Counted from the first letter of the stretch, positions 12,519-25,775 are shown. The stretch: DNA of 64,000 bases from Octopus sinensis (GCF_006345805.1 NC_043004.1:103044001-103108000); one strand, 5' to 3'. Made by a program: numbers and translations. Notes: generated from the letters alone by a model not told the origin.

Positions 12519-12817
12519 TATATTATAATATATTATATATATATATACTGTAAATAATAATAATGTTATTTTTATTTAAGCTTAAAGCTTGAGGTGATAC
12601 CCGTGCAATGACTAAGGAAAATAGTCTAATAAAGGGGCCGCATATATATATATTTGACTATTTATTAAAATTTTATGTATTGATTAAGTCTTTCCTTGTT
12701 TGTTTTGCAAAATAGTGGTTTTGTCTCTAATAATATTTTATAATAATATACTATAAAATTGGATTTAATCCTAAATCTGATTTTTTTCCCTGTAAATTTG
12801 GATTTATTCCCTATATT

Positions 12818-12865
<48 letters not shown>

Positions 12866-13774
12866 ATACATACATACATACATGCATACATACATGCATA
12901 CATATATATATACATACACACATACATACATACATACGTATGTATGTATGTATGTATGTATGTATGTATGTATGTATGTATGTATGTATGTATGTATGTA
13001 TGTATGTATGTATTATTACATATTAATATACGTATATACGTCATCGTCGCCTTGTTGCTGACGTTGTTGTGTACCGCCTGGGCAATCTCTGATTGAGCAG
13101 ACGCATTGTTCCGCTCAGCTGAAGACCAGACTGCGCATTCCGAAATGCATTCGTTAAATGTATTGATTGTTGTATAACAGTTTGAACACAGTGACATAGC
13201 TAAGAACGTGTGATCCGCACCCCACCACCACCAACACCGCCCATTTCGATACAGACTTATAAAAATAAACCTGAAAGTGCCGCCCCCATAAATGCGTCGA
13301 TTGGGGAGACCACTCCTCCCAGATAGCTTCGCCTGTACCTAAGACATGTTCTACTCTTTTTGTGCAGTTTAGCAAATTTGTATAAATTTATTGTTTCTTT
13401 CACGGTTGCTTCTGTTATTGATTAACCCTGAATCAACTCTGATAGAATAGACCCATAATCAAAAGCATTCCAGCCGTGACCATTCAGTTGTTTAGCGTTG
13501 TGTTGGATTATATTATGTAATTCACCATTTTTTATATCCTTGTTTACGACGGTGGGTGTGTGACTTATAACCGTAAGTTTATCTTTTTGAATTAAAGTGT
13601 ATCTAAGAAGGTAAGGTGTGAATTTGATTAACGTTTAGCTGTTGTTTCTAGCAAATTGGACGATCACGCGGAGGCTCTCGCTTTAAGTAATAACGAGATG
13701 GGGTAGTGTATAAGAAAAATGATCGCGTTCGTTGTGGGAGTGCATGTGTGTGCGGGCGTGTGTGCGGGCGTGTG

Positions 13775-13807
<33 letters not shown>

Positions 13808-13970
13808 GCGTGTGTGTGTGCGTGTGCGTGCGTGCGTAGATGTATGTGTAGGTTTCCGGCCTCCATGTCTGACCGGTTCTATGCTATAATCGGGAATATA
13901 TTACTCGGCTATATAAAAGTGTAGTTGCTCAAATCTTTTAAAGTGTGCTTTTTTTTCGTACCTGACTTAC

Positions 13971-14401
13971 GCGCAGGAGTGGTTGTGTGGTAAGTAGCTT
14001 GCTTACCAACCACATGGTTCCAGGTTCAGTCCCACTGCGTGGCACCTTGGGCAAGTGTCTTCTACTATAGCCTCGGGCCGACCAAAGCCTTGTGAGTGGA
14101 TTTGGTAGACGGAAATTGAAAGAAGCCCATCGTATATATGTGTATATATACATATATATGTGTATATGTGTGTATATGTTTGTGTGTCTGTGTTTGTCCC
14201 CCCAACATCGCTTGACAACCGATGGTGGTGTATTTACGTCCCCGTAATTTAGCGGTTCGGCAAAAGTACCCGATAGAATAAGTATTTAGCTTCCAAAGAA
14301 TAAGTCCTGGGGGGTCGAGTTGCTCAACTAAATGCGGTGCTCCAGCATGGCCACAGTCAAATGACTGAAACAACCAAAAAAGAGTAAAGATTAAAGAGTA
14401 A
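13971..14401 (+). mobile_element. SINE family 1 (full length)
   Basis: Head at 13971, tail AAAGAGT at ~14400. Confidence 0.9.
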
Positions 14402-14702
14402 ACCCTTTCCCGGCACGCAACAAAATCTGTGGATGTCATCAGATACACTCGAATGATATTTTTCTCAGACCGAGAAGAAAGTACTTTTGCTTTCAAGTAT
14501 AAACACCCAGCAGTCTTAACTCTTTCCATGCCTAACCGTCTGGGTCTGCCCCTGATTCTATAAGTACTTGCTATTTTAAAGTGATTTAAATATAAAAAAA
14601 TCTTCCATCAAAGTGCTATAAACAAGTTTCCTCCCATTCATGCTCGTATAATACACACTTGTGTATAGTAAACCTTCAAACACATCTACATAAGCCCTTA
14701 CC

Positions 14703-15107
14703 GGATCTTTTCGGTTTGGACGGCAGTTTTTTCTAGCGGTGTCATATGAAATTGTCACCCATAATTATGACCCTAGTATCGATCTATTGCATTTCAATCT
14801 ACTTTAGGGTTAGGGTTACTTAGGGTTAGTTAGGGTTAGGGTTAGGGTTAGGGGTGGGGAAGGGTATCTTTTGTTCTTCACAAATGTAAATAAACCCAAT
14901 CTGTTTCTTAAACGAGGGACATATTCATACAGCACAGAATGTTTTTTACCTCAATAGACGTCATTGATTGGTTGAAATTGCAGAAATTGAAGAAAAAGAA
15001 ACAACAAATATCTTAAAAACTGTAGAATTTTCTCAATAAAGCCAAGAGAAATAGGTGTTTTATAAACACATTCTACCAGTATACGAAGTTTAAAATCTTT
15101 TAGTTAC
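14703..15107. mobile_element. Inverted, truncated copy of the telomeric-repeat MITE
   Basis: Reverse complement of 10375-10780 with (TTAGGG)n at ~14803-14853; flank CCCTTACC restores TSD GGTAAGGG. Confidence 0.85.
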
Positions 15108-15175
15108 TATATAGACTTGGGCCGACCAAAGCCTTGTGAGTGGATTTGGTAGACGGAAACTGAAAGAAGCCCGTC

Positions 15176-15225
<50 letters not shown>

Positions 15226-15245
15226 TATGTATATATATATATATA

Positions 15246-15616
15246 TCTATATAAACGGCAGTTTGTCTGTGCGTGTTTCTGTGTGTCTGTTTGCTTGTAC
15301 CCTCACCCTGACCACGGCTTTCAACCGATTCTGATGAAACTTGACACACACATAGCCCAATGTCATAATTCAAAATAACGCAGCGAAAATTTTGAAAAGT
15401 TCCCCCAGTTCTGAAAAACATCGATAAATTCGACATGGGGTCGAGAAACACAAACCGAAAACTGTCTAGGGGACGCAACTCCACCTTTTTTTACTCTCAA
15501 AAAAATTTACCATCATTTTTTTCCATTTTTTTGCTATTTTTTGGCTATACTCTCTAAAAATGCTTTATAGTTATTTCCCTACAAACCTGAGCAACGCCGG
15601 GGCGATATACTGCTAG
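15246..15616 (+). mobile_element. Non-autonomous Helitron-like element
   Basis: 5' TC, 3' CTAG preceded by imperfect GC-rich hairpin CCTGAGCAACGCCGGG; inserted between A and T with no TSD. Confidence 0.7.
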
Positions 15617-16085
<469 letters not shown>

Positions 16086-16086
16086 G

Positions 16087-16232
16087 TTATTTAAAGCAGC
16101 AGAAAATTAGCAGAAAATTCAACAAAACCTGTTACTCTGAGTTTCCCGTTGCCGTTCATCGGACAGTTTTGCTGAACGGCAACGGGAACTCAGAGTAACA
16201 GGTTTTGTTGAATTTTCTGCTGCTTTAAATAA
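16087..16232. repeat. Foldback of HHR family B terminal repeat
   Basis: ~60-bp arms around a 14-nt spacer TCGGACAGTTTTGC. Confidence 0.85.
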
Positions 16233-16384
16233 AGCATATTACTCTACCACTGATATTTGAGTACTCTTTTTTCCACCTTGTTTCACATTTATGTGTTTAC
16301 TTCGGTATATATATATATAGTAAATGCAAAAAAGAACAAACAGAAAAAAACAACAACAATAACGCAGGGACGTGGAACATATAA

Positions 16385-16600
16385 AGCATTAGCAGACGCT
16401 CATGGAAGGAAAGACAGATGGTTTAACGTTTCGAGCCAACGCTCTTCTTCGGAAACAGAGGGAAAGTCCAATAGAAGGGAAGACGGAGAAAGAAAATCGC
16501 CAGCGATTCATATGTGGTTACATTTTGAAATGACTGGAAGGGAATGGGTGAAGAAAACGTTCTTTCTAAGACAGGAGAGTGTAAGAGAAGGAGATATGTG
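16385..16600 (-). mobile_element. Inverted copy of PLE-type terminal repeat with family A HHR-like motif (16421-16456)
   Basis: Reverse complement of 11800-11995. Confidence 0.75.
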
Positions 16601-16686
16601 TGTGTATGTGTAATAGCACGTGTGTGTGCGTATGTCTGTATGTGTTGTGTGCGTGTGGTGTGTGTGTGTGTGGTTTTAGCTGTTTA

Positions 16687-16910
16687 GCTGGCAGAATCGT
16701 TAGCACGCCGGGCGAAATGCTTAGAGGTATTTCGTCTGCCGTTACGTTCTGAGTTCAAATTCCGCCGAGGTCGACTTTGCCTTTCATCCTTTCGGGGTCG
16801 ATTAAATAAGTACCAGTTACGCACTGGGGATCGATGTAATCGACTTAATCCGCTTGTCTGTCCTTGTTTGTCCTCTCTGTGTTTAGCCCCTTGTGGGTAG
16901 TAAAGAAATC
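16687..16910 (+). mobile_element. tRNA-derived SINE family 2 (Nin/Deu-like central domain) with 15-bp TSD
   Basis: TSD GGTTTTAGCTGTTTA at 16672-16686 and 16911-16925; GAGTTCAAATTCC B-box; CCTTTCATCCTTTCGGGGTCGAT..AAGTACC resembles the Nin/Deu domain (from memory). Confidence 0.9.
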
Positions 16911-17624
16911 GGTTTTAGCTGTTTATATGTGTGTGTTTGAGTGAAATTTGTGTGGCTTAATGTTGTAGGAAGAATTCAGTTGCAAAAGTGGAAGTCTTTT
17001 ATGTAGTTGTGTTTCTCTTAAGAATGGTCAGTAAGAAGGTGTTTGACTGGCACTTTGACTAGTGTGTATATACGTATATATATATGTTGTGTGTGTGTGT
17101 GTGTAGTGTGTGCGTGCGTCTGTGTGTGTAAGCTTGTGTGTATGTGCGTGTATGTATGTGTGCGTGGGGTTAGTGTGGGGTTGTGTGTGGAACATATGTG
17201 CGTTCCTCTGTGTATGTGCGTGTGCGTGTGTGTGCGTGTATGTGCGTGTATGTAAATATGAGTGTGTGTTTTGTGTGTTGGAAGTATGTATGAGTTCATA
17301 TGCGTGTGCGTGTGTGAATGTGTGCGCGTGTGTATATGTGTGTGTACGTGTGAGTGTATGTGCGTGTGTGGAAATGTGTGTGTGTGCGTGTGTATATGTG
17401 TGTGTACGTGTGAGTGTATGTGCGTGTGTGGAAATGTGTGTGTATGTGTGTGCGTGTGTATATGTGTGTGTGAAAGAGGGGTTGTGTGTGGAGGTATATG
17501 TGCATTTTTGTGCGTTTTGTGCATTTATGCGCGTGCGTGTGTGTATGTGCGTGTAGTTGTGTGTACGTGTATATATATATGTGTGTTGTGTGTGTGTGTC
17601 TGTGTGTGTGTGTATGTGTGTGTG

Positions 17625-17835
17625 TTTATATGTTTGTGTGTCAGTGTTTGTCCCCCCAACATAGCTTGACAACCGATGCTAGTATGTTTACGTCCCCGTA
17701 ACTTAGCGGTTCAGCAAAAGAGACCGATAGAGTAAGTGCTAGGCTTCCAAAGAATAAGTTCTGGGGTAGATTTGCTCGATTAAAGGTGGTGTTCCAGCAT
17801 GGCCACAGTCAAATGACAGAAACAAGTAAAAGAGA
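17625..17835 (+). mobile_element. SINE family 1, 3' half
   Basis: Matches the family 1 tail region. Confidence 0.8.
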
Positions 17836-17867
17836 GAGAGAGACAGACAGACAGAGAAGAGAGAGAC

Positions 17868-17908
<41 letters not shown>

Positions 17909-18427
17909 AGCATACATAAATACATACATACATACATACATATATACATACATACATATATATATTTCCATATACATATGTGTGTATATATACGTATGTG
18001 TGAGTGTATGTATGTATGTATGTATGTATGTATGTATGTATGTATGTATGTATGTATGTATGTATCTAAGGCAGATACATAGATACAAGTGTATTTACGT
18101 ATAAATATATACATGTATACACACACAGTCAACAAGTACACTCCTCCACCCACACAGTTCATTCATGAAGGTGGTGATTTTAATGAATGGAAATTTACCT
18201 CTTAGTAAGCAAATATTAGTTGACGATTTTATTTGTTTCCTTTTTACCTATGACATTCATAACAACCACCTACACGAATTATCAAAATCCATGTTATTGG
18301 GTCACCTCAGCTATTTCCTTACGCTCACCTTTTCTATGTATTGCCCGCATTACATACTGATGACTATGTATTATTCTTTCAAGTTAAAGTCACAAGGTTC
18401 TTGAGTCTTAAAATTTTCTGATTCATA

Positions 18428-18595
18428 GGCGTAAGCGTGGCTGTGTGGTTATAAGTTTGTTTCCCTATCACATGGTTCCGGGTTCAGTTTCACTGCGTAG
18501 CACACTGACCAAGTTACTTCTACTATAGTCACGGGCCGACCAAAGCCTTGTGAATGAATTTGGTAGATGGGAATTCAAACAAGACCGTCGTATAT
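18428..18595 (+). mobile_element. SINE family 1 head, diverged
   Basis: GGCGTAAGCGTGGCTGTGTGGT...GGTTCAGT. Confidence 0.75.
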
Positions 18596-18598
18596 ATA

Positions 18599-19304
18599 CT
18601 GTAATGCCTCGACAAACGAGTTAATTTGTTCCGGAGACCGTAAAGTAGAGCAATCATTTCTTATAATATCAATGCTATAAATCGTAATTCATTCCTAGAA
18701 AAATAGTTTACCTATAAAATGTGTATTACTCATAAATAAATAGCAATAAAGAAACAGTAGATTGTAGAATGTCAAGATCATTTCTAATAAAAAAAAAATA
18801 TTAATAGTATAATTGTGCTCTGAATCACTTTAACTCGTACTAGACTCGCGCACACCATCACTTATAGACGCGAACACCGATTCACAAGCACTCGTAGACG
18901 GACTTGTAGATTTCTTTTTAAAAAACAAATCTAGAGTTGTTTGCTTAGAAGAAGCTTTTTTTCCGCTCTCTATAAAATTCGTCACAGATGTTTTTCACAG
19001 TTGTACCGCCATCGTGCATTTTTACAATTTCATACTTCGTTTCCAAAGTGATGGCTTTTCGTTTCTTTTAACTCTCTTCAGTACCTGTTGTACACTTTCG
19101 TTTAGATATATTGGATGGGTTTAAAAAATGCCGAAAATAATAATGTAAATGCAGCTGTGTAGACACGTCAGAGCTAGTGTTGTCACATGTTGCAACGTTG
19201 CCACTTACACAAGACGGCTATTCAACCTTTTTATAATTATTATGAAATAAAAAAGTAAACCCGGCGTCTCGTAAAGCGGATCTTTGTAAAGTATGGTATT
19301 ACTG
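18599..19304 (-). mobile_element. Tigger/pogo-type non-autonomous relic
   Basis: TA flanks; degenerate TIRs CTGTAATGCCTCG / CAGTAATACCATA; minus-strand KQTTLDLFF (pogo C-terminal motif) at ~18915-18950. Confidence 0.65.
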
Positions 19305-19326
19305 TATTTATATATCTGTGTTTACT

Positions 19327-19380
<54 letters not shown>

Positions 19381-19384
<4 letters not shown>

Positions 19385-20110
19385 TCAACGTATGGCTCAC
19401 CACTTCACCCTACGTGGATACCCCCTCACCACTATCCACACCGCCCTTGCCAGAGCACGGTCCGTGGACCGTGTATCTGCTCTCTCTCCCCGAACCCGCC
19501 CTGTAGTCTCCCGCCTCCCTTTTCCCCTCACTTACCACCCCACGACCCTACGTCTCCAACGCACCCATCTTCGAGCTTTCCGTCATCTCCAGTCCGACCC
19601 GTCCACTTCACACCTCTTCCCTAACCGACCCCTCCCCTCTTTCAAACGAGCCCACAACCTTCGAGACCTTTTGGTCCATAGCTCCTTCCCTGACCCTACC
19701 TCCCAACCCGGCTCGTTCCCCTGCTCCCGCCCACGTTGCCGCACTTGCCCTTACCTCTCCAACACCACCCGCCTCACTAGCACCCACCATCGACCCTATC
19801 CCATCATCCACTCCTTCACCTGCACCTCCAGCAATATTATCTATTGCATCTCTTGCTCTCTCTGCAATTCCTTGTACATCGGACAAACGGGACGCCGCTT
19901 GGCTGACCGGTTCGCGGAACACCTTCGTGACATCCACCTTGCGAACGACACACCGTCTCACGCCATTTCCGCTCCACCGGTCACTCCTTGCAACACCTAT
20001 CTGTGTTCGGTCTGTCCTTACACAGAGGCCATCCGGATTCCCGTTTGCGCCGTGAACAGGAATTAATCTTCTCTCTTCGCTCTTATACGCCATTTGGTCT
20101 CAACTCTCCC
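19381..20110 (+). pseudogene. PLE GIY-YIG endonuclease coding relic
   Basis: ORF-track 19293..20066 and 19988..20500 join via a frameshift near 19955. Confidence 0.85.
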
Positions 20111-20981
20111 CCCCCCTCATCTAACCCCCCTCTCCCCCCTCCTCACCTATCCTTTCTCTCCCCCCGACCCCTACTTCTTCAGTCCTTCATCCTTTCACCC
20201 CTACTCCCCTTCCCTTCTTCCCTCTTTCTCCCTCCCTCTTCCCTTTCCCTCTGCTCCTCACTCCCTCTCTCCCCCTCTCCCTCTTCCTCCTTCATCCCCC
20301 TCCTCCCCTTCCTTCTCCCCCTCCTCTCCTCTTCCACCTTCTCCTCCCCCTCTTCTTCCCCTCCCTTCTCTCCCCCTCTTCTCCCCTCCCCCTCTTCTCC
20401 TCCCCCTCCCCCTCTTCTCTCCTCACTACACCACATGACTTTACACATCACATCACATATGATGTGCCATACTAATACACACACCAACTATACATACTAA
20501 TACGTACTAATACATACTAGTACATACTAATACTTACACCAACCCTATACATACACACGTCCAGACCCGCATACGCACTTATACTCTCTCTCACACACAC
20601 AACACATACCTATACATACCAATACGTACTAATACATACTAATACATACTAATACATACACCAACCCCATACATACGCATGTCAGACCATCTTACGCACT
20701 AATACTCTCTCATACACACACACACACACAACACACACACACACCCTTATACATACTAATACATACACCAACCCTATACATACACACATCCAGACCCCTC
20801 CCACGCACAATTAGCTGGTCCCTCAACCCGTTTATCAACCCTATTATCTCCCCTTATTTCGCTCTCGCGTCTCATGTTTGATCTTTGACCTCTGGCCGAA
20901 ATCAGATCGCCATGTTGATTCGTTAGCTACTGCACGCATTTTTTTTCTCTCCTTCTTTCTGTGTTTTTCTCTCCCTGTGTA

Positions 20982-21019
20982 TCTTTCTGTTGAAGAGCGT
21001 AGGCTCGAAACGTTAAAGA
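20982..21019 (+). ncRNA. Family A hammerhead-like motif in PLE terminal repeat
   Basis: UCUUU-CUGUUGA-A-GAGC(GUAG)GCUC-GAAA-CG-UU-AAAGA; A6U core variant. Confidence 0.5.
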
Positions 21020-21249
21020 CTTGTTTTATTTATATTTCCTGAGCGCCATACTAATACAATTGTTCGTTTGTTTTCCACCTGCCTTCGTCTTTTGTTTATT
21101 TTCATAAAGCTTCCCGTTATATATATATATATATATATATACGTGTGTGTGTGTGTCTGTTTGTGTCTGTATTTGTCATCCACCAACGCTTGACAGCGTT
21201 AGATAACATGTAATATAACCTCTCACCGAAGAAAGAGTAAAACCGGATA

Positions 21250-21460
21250 TGGACATTGCCATGCGATCTGCGAATGTTACGCGTCTGTCCCAGCCTGATG
21301 GGAGCAGATCGCGGCGACCAATCAGAGAGTAAGCGCGACCGATGCCGACAACCCAGAAATCGAGCATCGGCGAATCGACCGGCGACCACGTAATATAGTA
21401 GCGACCGACACCGACGTAGTCCTCGGCGACGATGGCGCCTAGGTGGGAAGTAGCGAACTG
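21250..21460. promoter_or_regulatory. CpG-dense patch with CCAAT box (candidate promoter)
   Basis: GACCAATCAG; many CpGs; GATGGCGCC (YY1-like); unlike the AT-rich surroundings. Confidence 0.3.
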
Positions 21461-21632
21461 ATTATTCTTTAGGATGGTGATGAGAGGCCTACCCGTTTAA
21501 CTCTGGGCAGTTTCAAGGCTTTAATAGTAGTTATTCCCATGACGGTAATATCGTCAATGTTAGGATGTTTTCGGATTATAAGTTCACGGTTAAATAACAA
21601 CAACAACAACAACAACAACAACAACCCACAAC

Positions 21633-21666
<34 letters not shown>

Positions 21667-21695
21667 TAAAAATAATAAAAATAATAATAATAATG

Positions 21696-21733
<38 letters not shown>

Positions 21734-21794
21734 CAATCTTTTTTTATTGGCCACAAGGGCTGACACGCATATTGTGGCCAATAAAAAAGAATTG

Positions 21795-21850
<56 letters not shown>

Positions 21851-21879
21851 CATTATAATAATAATAATAATAATAATAC

Positions 21880-22410
21880 ACCAGGCAGTGGCTCTCGTGG
21901 CTTCTGATCTTAACTGATTGGAAGTGTTATCATGTACATTGTTTTGTCTTGGTATAAAAGATGGGCTACAACAAATATTCTGCTCAATACCACAGATTTG
22001 CTTGTCAGTTGTTTGACCTTAACCAGTTGGGCATGTCCCTTAGTGGCTGACGATATGTGCATCTCTGATCACGAGCAGAAGTAGTGGGGGAGCATCATAG
22101 CCATGTGTTGAGAGGGATTCGTTGTGGTTTGAATAATTCACCTCTGGAAACATGGGTGGTTTTTTCAACATCCTTAAACAACCCTTATTCAGGGACCGTT
22201 TGAGCGGGATGGGCTACTTGACCAGAAGAAAATTCTAACCGGGCCTCACCTGCAAGGTCATGCGCTGTTATCTTGATATGAGATCACCATGTCGCGCACA
22301 TATGGTTGTGATGCATGTGCCTAGTGTACCCTTATCAGACGGGTATTCATGATGGGTATACTGGGCTTCGTATATTTTACCCCAGTGTCACTTTGATGGC
22401 ATGCACTGCT
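21880..22410. mobile_element. ~530-bp non-coding element embedded in (TAA)n
   Basis: Complex sequence bounded by TAA repeats on both sides; no credible ORF; class inferred only. Confidence 0.45.
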
Positions 22411-22420
22411 CTCTCACACA

Positions 22421-22640
22421 ATAATAATAATATATTTCTTTACTACCCACAAGGGGCTAAACACAGAGGGGACAAACAAGGACAGACGAACGGATTAAGT
22501 CGATTATATCGACGCCAGTGCGTAACTGGTACTTAATTTATCGACCGCGAAAGGATGAAAGGCAAAGTCGACCTCGGCGGAATTTGAACCCAGAACGTAA
22601 CGGCAGACGAAATACGGCTACGCATTTCGCCCGGCGCCTT
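22421..22640 (-). mobile_element. SINE family 2
   Basis: Reverse complement of 16687-16910; 46-bp end duplicated at ~22660-22705. Confidence 0.85.
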
Positions 22641-22687
22641 CAATAATAATAATAATAATACGGCTACGCATTTCGCCCGGCGCCTTC

Positions 22688-22727
<40 letters not shown>

Positions 22728-22934
22728 TGTAGTGGATATCTCTGCAACACTTCCACCTACCTTTCCTTCTTCAACTTCGTTATTTTTCCTCCCCAGCACG
22801 GATATATTTCTCTTGGGGGAATTTCGCTTCGATGATCTTAGTTGACACTGCATACCAATACCAACACAGACACCACCACACTACCATGTGTGTGTGTGGG
22901 GGGGGGGGGGCGAAGAGAGTTTAAATCTGTTATC

Positions 22935-23152
22935 CTGTACTTCTTTCAGTCATTTGACCTCAGCCATGCTGGAGCACCGCCTTGAAGAGTTTTAGTCCAA
23001 CAAACTGACCCCAGGACTTTTCTTTTTTAAAGCCTAGTACTTATTCTATCGATATTGCTGAACCGCTAAGTTACGGGTATATAAACACACCAACACCGGT
23101 TGTCAAACGGTGGTAGGTACAAACACAGACACAAAAACACACACACACACAC

Positions 23153-23188
<36 letters not shown>

Positions 23189-23360
23189 ATATATATATAT
23201 ATATATACGACGGGATTCCTTCAGGTTCCATCTACCAAGTCCACTCACAAAACTTTGGTTGGCCCGAGGCTATAATAGAAGACACCCAAGTAGCCATGCC
23301 GTGGGACTGAACCCAGAACCAAGTGGTTGGGAAGCAAGCTTCCTACCACACAGCCACGCC
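22935..23360 (-). mobile_element. SINE family 1, diverged
   Basis: Reverse complement match. Confidence 0.8.
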
Positions 23361-24300
23361 TATTTATTCTACTTTAATTCACGTTTTCTCTAGATTTTTA
23401 ATACAGTGTATTCTAGAGTTATCAGAGAACACGTGAAAATCCTTCCATAGGATATACAAAGCAGGTAAAGAATTACTGGAATGGAATTCACCCAATTTAA
23501 ACTGCCTTATAGATGAGAAAGTTTCAGCAACAGGCATCTTTCGTTACCCGCAAAAATGACTGTCAGAATCCTTGTTTCAGCTCTTGTGACGTCATTCAAC
23601 TTTCTGCAAAAAGCTAATTCAGAAAATAATGGTAAAATATAAACAAAATGTTTCCGTCATTCTCACCATCAATATTATCACTTAATACTCATATGCCTCT
23701 AAATAAACCAATCCCTAGAAATTTCTAGAACAGATACAAGCAAGAAAAAAAAAAAAAAAGGAAAGAAAAAGCGATTTACTCTTGCAGTTTGAGAATATTT
23801 TCATCAAAGTTTTGATGCTGTATTTAGATAACTGACCGTTTTTTTAAAATGAAAATTGAATAAATAAATGAATAAATAAGTAAATAAGAAGAAAAAAGAA
23901 AAATACTTTTATATCAGCTGTTACTGTTGATGTCACTCGAGACTATACGAAACGCGATAGCACGTATTGGATTAACGATATCTTTCTGCATACAAATGGT
24001 ATCACTAAAAACTTGTACAGGTGATATTGAAATTACTCATCACACGCCACTCATGTGATTAAGAAAACTAGTGGGAAATATCAACCACCCACGCCACAGA
24101 ATCGTACATTTAGATAGTACCAAGACATATAAGACGAACAATAAGTTCACCAGAAACCAACTACGTTTTATAGGGTGGAAGGATAACTTACTAAACTATA
24201 ACGGTGAGTTTCTCCACCACACTTTTAGCAGAAAATAAAGCATCGAAGATCTCCGGAATGACTTGAATTTTTATTCTTTTTATTTAAATAAATATATATA

Positions 24301-24527
24301 TTTCTTTACTACCCACAAGGGGCTAAACACAGAAGGGACAAACAAGGACATACAAATGGATTAAGTCGATTACATCGACCCCAGTGCGTAACTGGTACTT
24401 AATTTATCGACCCCGAAAGGATGAAAGGCAAAGTCGACCTCGGTGGAATTTGAACTCAGAACGTAACGGCAGACGAAATACGGCTACGCATTTCGTCAGG
24501 CGTGCTAACGTTTCTGCCAGCTCGGTA
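24301..24527 (-). mobile_element. SINE family 2
   Basis: Reverse complement match; partial second copy at ~24640-24765. Confidence 0.85.
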
Positions 24528-24899
24528 TATAGGTATGCCTGTATATTTCGGAGGTGGACCCGTCGCCAAACTTTGGTGCCTGGAGGTGTTTCAGAATGTT
24601 CTGGGTGGGCACTAATTTGTAATAATCTTTTCTGCTAAAGGCACAAAGCCTGAAATTTCGGGGGAGAGGAGACTAGTCGATTACATCGACCCCAGTGTTT
24701 CACTGGTACTTAATTTATCGACCCCGAAAGGATGAAAGGCAAAGTTGACCCCGGCGAAATTTATGATAATGCTAAAGTGGAGTTTCGAAATAAGTGTATC
24801 ACTTTGAATCTGAGGGTCCACTATTGAATAGCGAAGGAAGTAGTGCTGTCCAGTGCACCCCTCCCTCATCCCTACCGACGGTCATGGGCGGACTTGCCA

Positions 24900-25140
24900 A
24901 GCAAGAGATTTGATCTGAAACCTTGTGTTGTAACTAAAACAGAGAGACTATGGCATTACAACCAGCCAGGAACAGTCTTAGCTACATTTGCGGTACCTGC
25001 CAGAGGGAGTGTTTGTCCAGGATAAGGACTACACAGCCACAGCAGGAAATGTATCAGGACATGAAATATAAAAGCCGGACTAGACTACTTTATGCGCAAC
25101 TCCATTGTCTCCCGAGACAGAAAGGATGCCAACCAACCAA
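24900..25140 (+). mobile_element. RTE-clade LINE 3' end
   Basis: YICGTCQRECLSRI/LHSHSRKC C-terminal C2H2-type motif; 3' UTR GTCTCCCGAGACAGAAAGGATGCC; (CCAA)n tail. Confidence 0.75.
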
Positions 25141-25570
25141 CTAAAACAATTATAGGGCGGAAGATACTCGCCATTTAAAAATACACACTTACGAACCCCA
25201 CCGGACCCATTATTATCTGCTGTAAAAATTTTCGTCGCGCCAAAATAATAAATGTTTAAGTGAAGTTAATAGCGTTCGTGTGTTTTTGAATGTCTTCGTA
25301 TGTCTTCCACGCTGTAATTGTGTATGCATGTGTAATTATTTATGCATATAAACGGGTATACAGTTAATAAAGGCGGTAGTAGTCGATTGAGTCGATTGCC
25401 GTATAGCCATAGAATATACTTTAACAGCAGGATTTTAAATTCATATGTAAAAGAAAAAGAAAAAAATGAACGGGTGTTAGGATTTAATCTGGCATTCTAA
25501 CATTCCTGACATTCAACTTTATCCAATTCTTACAGTCTCTGTTTCTCTCTCTCTGTCCTCCGTACTCTCA

Positions 25571-25611
<41 letters not shown>

Positions 25612-25688
25612 GCTGTCTGTTTGTCTCTCTCTGTCTAGCTGTCTCTCTCTCTGTATGTATATGTATGAGTGCGTGTGTGTATATATAT

Positions 25689-25719
<31 letters not shown>

Positions 25720-25775
25720 CACTTACAAGCACGAACGTACACGTGCGCACGCGCACACACACACACACACACATA

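Larger units (their letters stand above)
19381..21117 (+). mobile_element. 5'-truncated Penelope-like element (GIY-YIG end, CT-rich 3' region, terminal repeat with HHR-like motif)
   Basis: PCSRPRCRTC Zn linker; NIIYCISC..LYIGQTGRRLADRFAEH GIY-YIG; after a frameshift EQELIFSLRSYTPFGLN; bounded by (TA)n at both ends. Confidence 0.9.

Noticed and set aside
13020-13375. Host exon (unique-looking sequence, hydrophobic stretch [12 protein letters not shown])
   Set aside because: No start or splice context, early stops, no recognisable domain
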